Below, piece by piece: positions 52,373-64,000 of a stretch of DNA of 64,000 nucleotides; position 1 is the first letter of the stretch, and the number at the start of each line of letters is the position of its first letter. The DNA comes from Octopus vulgaris (Eukaryota). Under the pieces are notes generated by a model, which saw only the letters and a list, made by a program, of their open reading frames with translations, was not told the origin of the DNA and did no database searches. The DNA lies in assembly GCA_951406725.2 (NCBI GenBank), contig OX597839.1:1612001-1676000 (forward strand). Direction: 5' to 3'. Both the position numbers and the translations under genes were made by a program.

Positions 52373-55216
52373 AACAGCACAATGTATGTATGTATGCATG
52401 TATGTATGTATGTATATAGTTTTCGGAACAATGCACACAATCTTAAGAATATGCATTGTCATACCTGAAAAATATCTGATAACAGTTATATATTTCCAAG
52501 AAAAGCTGTTTGTTTGGAATATACACTAATTTGTGTGTGTGTGTGTGTGTGTGTGTGTGACTTCTTTTTTTGCCAAATAATCAGACGCACAACATCCTCA
52601 TTCTTCATTTCAGCTTCATTATATTCTTATTTTAGTATCTTTGTCTGAAATTTTTCGTCACTTATGATGTGACCTCTTCACGTAACTAAGCGGTTCGGCA
52701 AAAGACACTGATAGAATAAGTACTACAAAGACTTACAAAGAAATACGTCCTGGCGGTCGATTTCTTCGACTAAAAAAAAAACCGTTTAAGGCACTGCTCC
52801 AGCATGGCCGAAGTCAAGTGACTGAAACAAAAGAATATATATACACACGACGATAGATAGACAGACAGACAGACAGACGGACGGACGGATGGATGGATCC
52901 GAGGCTATAATAGACGAAAATTACCGAAGGTGCAACGTAGTGGGAATGAACACGAAGCCATGTGATTGAGAAGCAAGCTACTTGCCACACATCCTATAAA
53001 TAATTATTTGATATCATCGATGTTTGTTTGTCTATACAAGTGTTTGTTGTTTATTTGCCGATACACATTTTAAGTATTTAATATTACAAACTCTGCCCTC
53101 AAAATTCGCTGTGTGTGTGTGTTTGTTATTAACACATACAATGCGTGGCATTCTTTCAATTAAAGTAGCATGACAGAATGCTCAGCGTGTTTTTAATGAC
53201 AAATAAACATATTTTGCGCTGCTGCGAATTTCGGATCGGATGGCACGGTCCTATCCCGCACCGCCTAATATAATATGTTTATGTTCTAGTTTAAGGAAGA
53301 TTTGTCTGCTGTTTCTGGTATGTCGATAGACGACGTAAAGGTCAAGTCTTCGTTGTATATACTGATCTTCAGGACAACATGAAGATCAGCATACACAAAT
53401 GGAAGTTTTTGATTGGTTAGAATTAAAGTCAAAACGCTGTAACTTCCGTAGAATTCTGCTTTATGCACATCATATAACCCATTTTTACCCGTCCCAATAT
53501 TAGACTAATCTAGTTAATACACGATGATTGCTTATAAAATATTATTATTGTATATATTACATATATTTCTTTATTGCCCACAAGGGGCTAAACATAGAGG
53601 GGACAAACAAAGACAGACAAAGGGATTAAGTCGATTATATCGACCCCAGTGCATAACTGGTACTCAATTTATCGATCTCGAAAGGATGAAAGGCAAGGTC
53701 GACCTCGGCGGAATTTGAACTCAGAACGAAACGGCAGACGAAATACCAGTTTCTTTATAACCCATAAGGGGCTAAACACAGAGGGGACAAACAAGGACAA
53801 ACAAACGGATTAAGTCGATTGCATCGACCCCAGTGCATAACTGGTACTTAATTTATCGATCCCGAAAGGATGAAAGGCAAGGTCGACTTCGGCGGAATTT
53901 GAACTCAGAACGTAACGGCAGACGAAATACGGCTACGCATTTCGCCCGGCGCGCTAACGTCTCTGTCAGCTCGCCATTACATATGTATATCTGAAAATTG
54001 GCATTTGTCAGTTAGGTAAATGGCATTTATAGAATAAATACTGAACTTTAAAAACGCAAGTATTGGGGCAGGGGGGCGATTTGTTCGACTAAAAACTCTT
54101 CTAGACGGTGGTGACCCAGTAAGGACCCCGCAGTCCAATGAACGAAACAACTATAAAAAAAAAAAATGAAACAGATAAACATTTTGAAAAAAAAAGCTTA
54201 TATTCAGTACCAGTCCCTTTCGCGTCCATCAGTTTTTGTCAACATCTCGGGTTCTACTTGCCTCGTTCTATTTTTCACTTCACCGCTTGACATGTAGTAG
54301 CAGTTACCGCAACCTCCACCACGACCACTTCGCAAATGCTACCCCAATCTCACCACGTGTATCGCGGGGCGCGCGTGTAGTTTCAGTACTGGTGGCGGTG
54401 TTAATGGTGATAACAGGTGCAGTTATGATGATGACGTTTGGAGTAGTAGTAGTAGTAGTAGTGGTGGTGGTGGTGGTAGTAGTAGTAGTTTGATTGTAAT
54501 AGTTATAATAATGTTGGTGGTGGCGGTAGTGTAGCAACAGCAGCAGTTGTAGTAGTTACAGCAACCACAGTAGTAGTAGTAGTAGTAGTGATGGTACAGG
54601 TTGCGATGATAATACTAATGGTGAAGGTTGTCAAAGTTATAATAATGGTGGCGGTGGTGGTGTGGGGTAGCAACAGCAGCAGCAGTAGTAGTAGTAGTAG
54701 TAGTAGCAGTAGAAGTTTACCGAAATAGAAGTGAAAGCAAATATAAAACTATTTTCACTTTTATTTTTTAATGATATACCACACTTACCGGGGTGGTCGG
54801 GTTGAGCACACCATTTACTCTTGAGTATGTGTTGGGGGAGGGAGGATCGCTTCCTCCCCCTCCATTGTCTCTGCCCCAGGCCACCACCACCACCACAGCA
54901 ACAACAACAACTTCTTTTTTTTTTCCTTTCTTATCTTCTTTCCTGTTTAAACGATGTGACCCACATCAGGGTAAAAACAGCGACGTAAACAAAATAATCA
55001 GACAACGGGGCGAGGAAAGGAAGGGAGTAAGGAACAAGGAAATGTCTGAAAAATTAAAGCAGGCTGTGTGGTACGAAAGTTGCTTACCAACCACATGATT
55101 CAGAGTTCGCTTCCACTGCGTGGCACTTTGGGCTAGTTTCTTCTACTTATAGCCTCGGCCAATGAAAACCTTGTGAGTAGATTTGGCAGACGGTCACTAA
55201 AAGCATCTCGTCGTAT

Positions 55217-55263
<47 letters not shown>

Positions 55264-55471
55264 CTCTTTTACTTGTTTCAGTCATTTGACTGTGGCCATG
55301 CTGGAGCACCACCTTTAGTCGAGCAAATCGACCCTGGGACTTATTCTTTTTTGTAAGCCCAGTACTTATTCTGTCGGTCTCTTTTGCCGAACCGCTAGGT
55401 GACGGGGACGTAAACACACCAGCATCGGTTGTCAAGCAATGCTAGGGGGACAAACACAGACACACAAACAT

Positions 55472-55507
<36 letters not shown>

Positions 55508-57901
55508 ATATATACGACAGGCTTCTTTCAGTTTCCGTCTACCAAATCCACTCACAAGGCATAGGTCGGCCCGGGGCTATAGTAGAAGACACTTGCCCAA
55601 GATGTCACGCAGTGGGACATATATATATATATATGCGTTTGTGTGTGTATATGTGTGTGTGCGCGCGCATGCGTGCGTCCATCGCTTGACAATCGGTGTT
55701 GATGCGTGTTTACGTTTCCGTAACTTAGCGGTTCAGCGAAAGGAGTGCGATAGAATGAGTGCCGGACTTATAAAAAATATAAGTACTGGAGTTGATTCAC
55801 GATTAAAATATCTTCAAGGCCTGAGGCTATAGTAGAAGACACTTGCCTAAGGTACCAAGCTGTGGGACTGAACCTTATATTTACATGTGGTTGGGAAGCA
55901 AGCTACTTACCACACATACCGATACATACATCTAAAGTAACATTTTTTCAGGGGTCCTTAAAATATTGGGTTGGTGCATAATTATTTTGGCTTTTTTGTT
56001 CAACAAATTTTAATCAACAAAAACAATAACAATATTTAACAAAAACATCTGCCAAGTAAATGTAAAGCAGTAATTGAAGTAGATGGTACAGCAGTAATTT
56101 TAAGTTAAGATAAGTTAAGTTAAGTTAATTTTTTGACTCAAAAAGCAAAAAGCAAGGCCACGTAGGGGGACATGTAGTTAAGTACAGGGAGGGTGTTCGT
56201 GCAAAGAGTTCAGGCCATTTCTGGTCAAGAGAGACTGAACCGAGCGGTCAGCTAAATACACGCCATTGATTAGTTGAAATTACCGAAATACGACAACTTT
56301 AACACGAAATAACTTCGTAATTAGAAATTTTTTCAACAACGCTAAGGGTAAAAGATGTTCTATATGACAGTATACGAAGTTTCAAAGTTTTAGGTAAAGA
56401 AAATGAATTAATCGAGCTGCCCATGAAAAGGAAAATATCCATTTTTTTCAACAAAAACAATAACAACATGCAACAAACATCTTTAAATGATTATTCCGGA
56501 TTCAATTGCCAGTCGTGTGCAGGTGTGTCAGTTTGCTCCACAATTTCTTTGCTGGTTTCCATAAACGAATATGTTCCAGTTCAATTCATCGATCCGGCGA
56601 CAAACTGGAGAGACAGAGAATGGGGTCAAAACATCGTGGTATTTTAAAGTGCTCTTACACCCGTAATTCACGTACGTCATGAATACACAGTGCCAAAAGG
56701 AGTAGGTTTTCTGCAATGTTGAAAAACAACAGCGATCAGATATTCACACTCAAATCTTCCGAAATGTTTTCAGAACGAACAGATACGTTGTCGTTGTTTG
56801 GATTGTCGCTGTTTTACGTGCATACCATTAATTTATTTGTTCGGCAGTCAACAACACGCACCAGTAAATAATTTGTTTGCTGATTTTTATACACAAGGGA
56901 GTGAATAGGGTACGTTATTGTCCAGAAGAAATAAGTGATTTTTTTAAATTACCCACAAAGAGGGGACAATACAAATACATTTGGAGACACATAACAGAGG
57001 AAATAAGAGAAACATAACGAGAATAAAATGGTCGAATAAAAGCAGAAAATTAGTATATGAACAACAAAGAATAAAAAGCTTAAAATACAAAAAAAAATAA
57101 AAGAGCGATGACGGAAAAAAAAAATGTGATTTTTTTTTTATTAGTTTGTTATTTGAGGCATGAAATGTAATAAAAGTGTTTATTTTCATAGCTGCAAAGA
57201 TAGAAGATCGAATGAGCTAACCAAATAAAATATTAAAAAAACACACTGACGAAAAATTCGGTCATAAGAGGTCAAATGTATGTAAATATAAATACGTAGC
57301 TATATACATGGTGCTTGAGCTAAATCTGATGATTTCTATGTGTTCTGTTTTCAGTGAATGGCTTGCTTACGGGTTCGAACGTGTCACAAGCATGTTGAAC
57401 TAGTAATAACACTGTATTTATCCGCATCACTGCTCAGTGCTACCACCTTGTAATATATATACTCTTTTACTCTTTTACTTGTTTCAGTCATTTGACTGCG
57501 GCCATGCTGGAGCACCACCTTTAGTACTTATTCTATCGGTCTCTTTTTGCCGAACCGCTAAGTAACGGGGATATAAACACACCAGCATCGGTTGTCAAGC
57601 AATGCTAGGGGGACAAACACAGACACACACATATACATATATATACATATATACGACAGGCTTCTTTCAGTTTCAGTCTACCAAATCCACTCACAAGGCA
57701 TTGGTCGGCCCGGGGCTATAGCAGAAGACACTTGCCCAAGATGCCACGCAGTGGGACTGAACCCGCAACCGTGTGGTTGGTTAGCAAGCTACTTACCACA
57801 CAGCCACTCCTGCGCCTATGTATATATATTATATATATATATATTATATATTATATATATATATATATATTATATACATATATATATATTATATACATAT
57901 A

Positions 57902-58002
<101 letters not shown>

Positions 58003-58175
58003 ACGGGAAGCTTTATGAAAATAGACAAAAGACGAAGGCAGGTGGAAAACAAACAAACAATTGTATTAGTATGGCGCTCAGGAAATATAAATAAAACAAG
58101 TCTTTAACGTTTCGAGCCTACGCTCTTCAACAGAAAGATACACAGAGAGAAAAAAAAACACAGAAAGAAGGAGAG

Positions 58176-58218
<43 letters not shown>

Positions 58219-58629
58219 CTTTTTTCAGCTCAGAGCTGTGGCCATGCTGATGCACCACCGTTTTGTGCTACACTGTTATTACGAAGAACCTCCTCTAATA
58301 TGTGGCACTTGGTGAAGAATGGAGTTTGACATAGCTACTCTCATTAGCACCTCTTGCCGTGAGGTAGGTTCATCTGGGACTCTCGACAAGAAGATGTCCA
58401 GCTTTGATTTAAAGACCGCTACATCTACTATATATATATTATATGTCACCATGATAGATCGTTAGCCACTACACACATCTTTCTCTCCTTGTTTTTTTCT
58501 GTGTCCCTTTCTGTAGAAAAGCGTAGGCTCGAAACATAAAAGACTTTTTCTATTCCTGAGCGTTATACTAATACATCTGTTTGTTTTGTACACCACCTGT
58601 CTTCGTCTTTTATTTGTTTCCTAAACTCT

Positions 58630-58682
<53 letters not shown>

Positions 58683-58685
58683 TAT

Positions 58686-59358
58686 AGTCCCTTTTTAAAG
58701 TAAAAGAAATAGCTAACGTTTTTTGGCTGCTATTTCTAAATTTCGGCATGTGGTAAAGCAAATCTTTGCTGAACCCTAATCATTAAGTATTACTTAAGTT
58801 TTCCATGAAATGGTCCTTTTTTCATGCCGAATTCTGCTTGGTGAAATTATTGATTAATTCTTAATTAATTAATTTTACCTTTTGTTATTATTGATAATAG
58901 AATTTTCTCCCTGATAACAAGCTACAGATTTTTTTCTGTAGTAGTTTACTTGTAGACACACGAGGACGGGCATGGGAGGGTAATTGAATCTCATTCATGT
59001 TTTGAATTCGGCGGTGCTGGCATTGAATATTATCTGTCTGATACCATTAGGTTGAGAGATATGTTCAATTATTCCAGTACCTTCGAATCCTGGGGTCCTA
59101 TGCTGAAGAGGAAAATGGTTGGTAAAGTATAATTCTAAATTCTTCATTCCAACCTAATTCCGAAACGCGCGTCCATAGGTGACCAGATATTGATTGATTT
59201 TCGTTACTTTTCCTCTCTGCCTGTGTGATTGTTTTCAAGTAATTTGGTTTTTCTGGGAGTCCCTTTTTAAAGTAGAAGAAATAGCTAACGTTTTTTGGCT
59301 GCTATTTCTAAATTTCGGTATGTGGTAAAGCAAATCTTTGCTGAACCCTATTTATTAA

Positions 59359-59361
<3 letters not shown>
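58686..59361 (+). mobile_element. Penelope-like/retrozyme-type unit: ~572-bp monomer plus ~105-bp terminal direct repeat, containing a hammerhead
   Basis: agtccctttttaaag...ttaagta at 58686 and again at 59258, flanked by (TA)n, related to 8930-9385. Confidence 0.65.
59097..59179 (+). ncRNA. Type I hammerhead ribozyme (canonical core)
   Basis: Stem I CCTATG/CATAGG, CTGAAGA, stem II GGAA..GGTTGG/CCAACC..TTCC, GAAA, palindromic stem III ACGCGCGT, GUC cleavage site after 59173. Confidence 0.85.
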
Positions 59362-59390
<29 letters not shown>

Positions 59391-59395
<5 letters not shown>

Positions 59396-59640
59396 CATCG
59401 CATAAATAATGCGATTTTTTATGCTTCTTTTATTTTTCAAAATTAAGATAAACAAAGTTCGTTTCTGATCTAAAATATACTCTCCTTCCTTTTCTAGAAT
59501 ACTGTTCCATCTATCTGGTGGACATGCAAGGCCCCTTTTCCAAAATTCCGTTATCCATGACAGAAAATACTCCTCCAGTACTTGAATGATTTTGAAGACT
59601 GCGGAATAAATTATAATCTTGCATTATTGCACTCCCAAGT
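59391..59640 (-). mobile_element. Mariner 3' end remnant
   Basis: DYNLFRSLQNH and F..RG....DRW......GEY fragments next to a TA-flanked TIR. Confidence 0.7.
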
Positions 59641-59689
59641 GAAATTATCGACAAAAAAAGAGAAAACCATAATTCTACAAGACATATGA

Positions 59690-60330
59690 CATAGTAAATA
59701 CAAAACTGGAATACTTTGAAGAAGGACCTATCGAAATATGCCTCATATCTGGCCCGAGGTACCGGGTACGCAAAAGCGGAGGCAAGGTTCGACTCGAACT
59801 TTACAAAACAAGCAAATAACACTTCTGCCATTGTATCTGTGACGCATAACGTCTCGGATTCGAATCAAGAACATCCCACCAGAAGTAGAGGTCGCATGGG
59901 TTGTGGCCATGTTGCTGTTTCAAAGGGAGGATAAAATTAACTTCCTCCAGATTTCCAGATATGCCCCACAGAGCTAGAAGGGACAGATTCTGGAAATACT
60001 GGCACAGGCGACTCCCAGCGACCTTGAAAGTCTCCCTGGCTAGATTCATGTTGGGGAGGAAACAGTGTTAATGGTGAATGTGGAGGAGAGGAAGCCACTG
60101 TGCTTCAGGTGCGGGAAGAAGGGGCACCTGAGGTCCAAGTGCTTGCATCCCCAGGAGGAGACCGAGGAGTCAAAGGCCCCTAAAGAGAGAAAAAAAGTAG
60201 AAAAAGAAGCAGCAGTCTCGGCCAAGGAGGTCATTACTCAGAGGGCGATTCAAACAGCGAGAAAATGTCAAAAGAAAATGTCGAGAATTGGTGAGCCAAA
60301 ACAACTAGCAAGAAAATGTACAAACAAGAA
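59690..60330 (+). mobile_element. Non-LTR retrotransposon (Tx1/L1-like) ORF1 remnant with CCHC zinc knuckle
   Basis: ERKPLCFRCGKKGHLRSKC followed by a Lys/Glu-rich tail; frameshifted upstream. Confidence 0.6.
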
Positions 60331-63047
60331 CCCGATACAGACAATTAACATAGAAACGCTGAATAAATATGCTCCAAAATGGAAGTGCGGTGTGTGTGAG
60401 TATGTGTGTGTGTGTGTGTGTGTGTGTGTAGAAACATGACAGTGTTTGTATACACACACATGGCAAAGTCTGTTTTTGTGGCAAGTTATAAATAAAAAAC
60501 ACTTTAACATTCAACAAAAGGGTTATTCAATGCGTTTTCTGCACAGTAGTTATTCATTAACTTTTACAAAGAAAAGTTTAACAGCGACTTCAAGTTCTGG
60601 CTTACACATACGAACCACAGACAAATAAATGCACGCACAAACCACAAACTACTCATACACAAACGAATACAAACGTTTTTATCTTTGCACCAAGATAAAC
60701 ACATGCAAGAAAGCAAATATAAAATTGACTCAATGAAAATAAAAAAAACCCAACAAAAAAAAAATGCAAGTTTGATTCGGTTACGTAAATGTTTTTAATG
60801 ACGTCATATGTATTCACAGAGACCTACCAGCGTCGTAGATAAAAATATATTCCGCAAAATGTTTAAAGTAGTTTTTCTCAGGCTATTAAAGCTGACAAAT
60901 GTAGCTGTGTGTGATGTGTATACATTTATATATACATAGCACACACAGGCTTACATACGCATATACATAACTGGGCAATCACACTCACGTTTATAGGTAT
61001 GGACACGGACACACACTCAAATGTATATTATAGGAGCAGTTGTAGCTGTGTGATAAGGCGCTTACTTTCCAGCCACGTGGTTTGGGATTCAGTTCCATAG
61101 AGTGGCAGTTGAGTGAGTGTCTTCTATATACATATATACATATATGTGTGTGTGTGTGTGTATGTATGTACACACACACACACACACATATTCTATCAAT
61201 ATCAATATAAAACACAGCGGCCAGCTGTCGGAGTTGTTAGCGTGCTGAGCAAAATGCTTAGCGACATTTCTTCCGACTTTACGTTCTGAGTTCAAATTCC
61301 GCAGAGGTTGACTTTGCCTTTTATCCATTCACGGTCGGCAGAATATGTACCAGTTGAGCACTGGGGTCAATGTAATCGACTTACCCATTCCTCCGAAATT
61401 GCTGCCCTTGTGCCAAATTTGGAAACCAATATTAAATATCACAGCCCTAGTCTACCATCAACATCGTGGTCCTGCTGTACCATCAACATCACCAGTACTA
61501 CCACAAGCACCACTACTACTATTACATACTCCACTATCACTGCAACACCTCTCCACGAATCTTCTCAATGTACAATTTATACATCCTGTGAGCCAAATAT
61601 GTTGAGTCATATCATAACATAAACAAACTTTGTAGCCTATTTAAAGTTTCTCTGCACTGAGAAATATATGTTACGAATTAAAATCCTGCTGTGCTTCCTT
61701 AGCCTTTAGTTGACTCAGATCGAGTTAGTGTTATGATTACATATGTTGAAACCAGGTCTATTCTGTTATTTATTCAGACACAATGTATCGAGGGTTACAT
61801 TATTTAATGTGTCGTCCGTTTTTCTGAGTTCAAATCCTGCTGAGGTCGACTTATTCTTTCGTCCTTTCGGTGTCGATAAAATACAGTATCAGTCAAGCAA
61901 TGAAGTTGCTGTAATCCACAATCCCCTCTACACAAATTTCGGACTTTTCAAAGAAGCATTATTGCTATTTTATTCATTTACTTTTTGTAAATAGAGTCAA
62001 TGGACCATATATAGATTGACCGACTTGTTGGAATTAATACTCAGAGAATTCGAAATGAAAACAAGATGTCTGAGCTGAAATTTGGTTATTTAATATATTT
62101 ATTTATCTATTCATTCCTTTGTTCATTTATTTATTGTGTCTTCGCCTACACAGTGTGTTTCAGTTGTGCAAGGTTAGTTGTTTGAGTACAGCATGACGAT
62201 ATATATTCAAAGAGCAATGAACTGTTTAGTAGGAAAAGTAGAACAAGATAAAAAGGTATTACACGAGAGAGAGGGAAGAAAGGGAGAGAGTATGTGTGCG
62301 TGTGAGAGAGGAGGAGGAGGAGAGAGAGAGAGAGGGAAGAGAGCGAGAGAGTGACTAAGACAGATAGATATATAGAGATAATGCATGAGTAACGCAAAGC
62401 AATATGAAAACGTAAGCCTCACATTCGACATAGTAATCTGGATAGTGAATAATATGAGATCTGGCTGCTATTACTAAATGACCAGGTAGAGGTTCCCATG
62501 TTGATTTCTATCAACTTTTATTGTACATGTCACACGCAATGTAATGGTTAATGCGTTGCGTGGATATCTGATAGATAAGTATAATGTTTGCTTTAATACT
62601 GGTTTGAAATGTTGGCGCAAGCCCAGTAATATTCGAGGAGGGGTTAAGTCGATTAACATCGACCCCATTGCTCTACAGGTACTTATTCTATCAACCCGAA
62701 AGGGACGAAAGGCAAACTCGACCTTGGTGGAATGTTTGCTGTTATATTACGAAGAGATAAGGCGGCGAATTGGCAGAATCGTTAGCACACCAGTAAAATG
62801 CTTAGCGGTATCTCGTCCGTCATTATGTTCTGAGTTCAAATTCCGCCGGGGAAGACTTTGCCTTTCATCCTGTTGGAGTCAATGAAATACGTGCCAGTTG
62901 AACATTGATGTAATCAGCTTCCCATTCTTTCAAATCTGCTGGCCTTGTGCAAAATTTTGAAACCGATATTATAAAGAGAAATCCGAGTGTATTGAGTTGG
63001 GAGGAAACTTGCGGCTAATAGGAGACCATCGTATAAATACAAGTATG

Positions 63048-63105
<58 letters not shown>

Positions 63106-63172
63106 TGTGTGTCTGTAAATGTATGTATATGCATATATATATATATATTCATATTTACATGCATATGTATGC

Positions 63173-63225
<53 letters not shown>

Positions 63226-64000
63226 TATATATATACACATATACTAGCTGACGTACCTGTTAATTCCCGGGAAAGCTAGACTTAACCTTTGCTTGCGTTC
63301 TCATAATTGTTTCGCTAATCCAGTAACAATAATACAAAGTATTTTTTGTATTTACAGACAATACCGAACTGTTTTACATAGGATCTTGTATTTAGGATGT
63401 CCCAATAAGTTATGAATACCCAAACTGTGAAGTCAGTTATGTAATAACATAAAATTAATTACCCGATAGTAAGAATTCAAATAAAGTAGCCCGGAAAAAG
63501 GATTTAATACGTTCCCAGAGTATATAGAACTTAGGAGGAAATACTAATAAATTATCTATACGAAAATCGTGAAGCATATTACGTAATAACAGGCTAATCA
63601 GATATGAGATAATAACAATTCAAAGTAAATAACTCTGAAAAGGGCTTTTGTGCGTTCCCAGAGAATATTACCCTCAGCGGTGCTAGTGTTGGTATGTTCG
63701 TGAATAAGTCACTAAACGAAATAAGTGGATCTATTGTTTAGGAAAGTACTATTTACTTGTTTAAGCGTTGTACTGGATAAATTCCGAAAATAACTCTAAT
63801 ATTTCAAATACTAAGAAATAAACATACTCAATTTGACTTATATCAAATAATTTACGAAGATGAATGGATTATTTCCCTTGGCTATATATAAGGATCCCTT
63901 CCAGGAGTGAATGGGTTATTTCCCTTGGATGTTGAAAAATGATATATTAGTTATATGTAGTAGATATAAGAATCCCTTCCAGGGGCCCTATTATCGATTT

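Noticed and set aside
54236-54720. Thr/Val-rich mucin-like ORFs
   Set aside because: Degenerate (GTA)/(GTG) trinucleotide repeats without convincing splice structure
56423-56716. Short ORFs on both strands as candidate upstream MIB exons
   Set aside because: No MIB-HERC2/ZZ motifs; they lie next to a transposon end

Overview
AT-rich, microsatellite- and transposon-dense eukaryotic DNA. The tRNA-derived SINE families and repeat landscape suggest an octopus (coleoid cephalopod) genome; this is an inference. The left 26 kb holds a near-complete, intact multi-exon CYP3-clan (CYP3A-like) cytochrome P450 gene on the minus strand. Thirteen exons were traced with splice sites and phases, and a 14th starts at base 6 and runs off the window. 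The gene has one probable GC-AG intron and one intron more than vertebrate CYP3A. At 51-52 kb two spliced exons encode a single Mind-bomb SH3-like (REP) repeat followed by a stop codon. A ~6.4 kb tandem duplication (33-46 kb) is joined through a chimeric SINE. Decayed mariner, Penelope-like, Helitron/Helentron, CR1 and Tx1 elements and many MITEs are present. The most striking non-coding signal is a set of hammerhead-ribozyme motifs in several Penelope/retrozyme-like repeat families. These include a canonical one in a ~572-bp direct-repeat unit (59097-59179) and one embedded in a 104-bp perfect palindrome (47002-47105).
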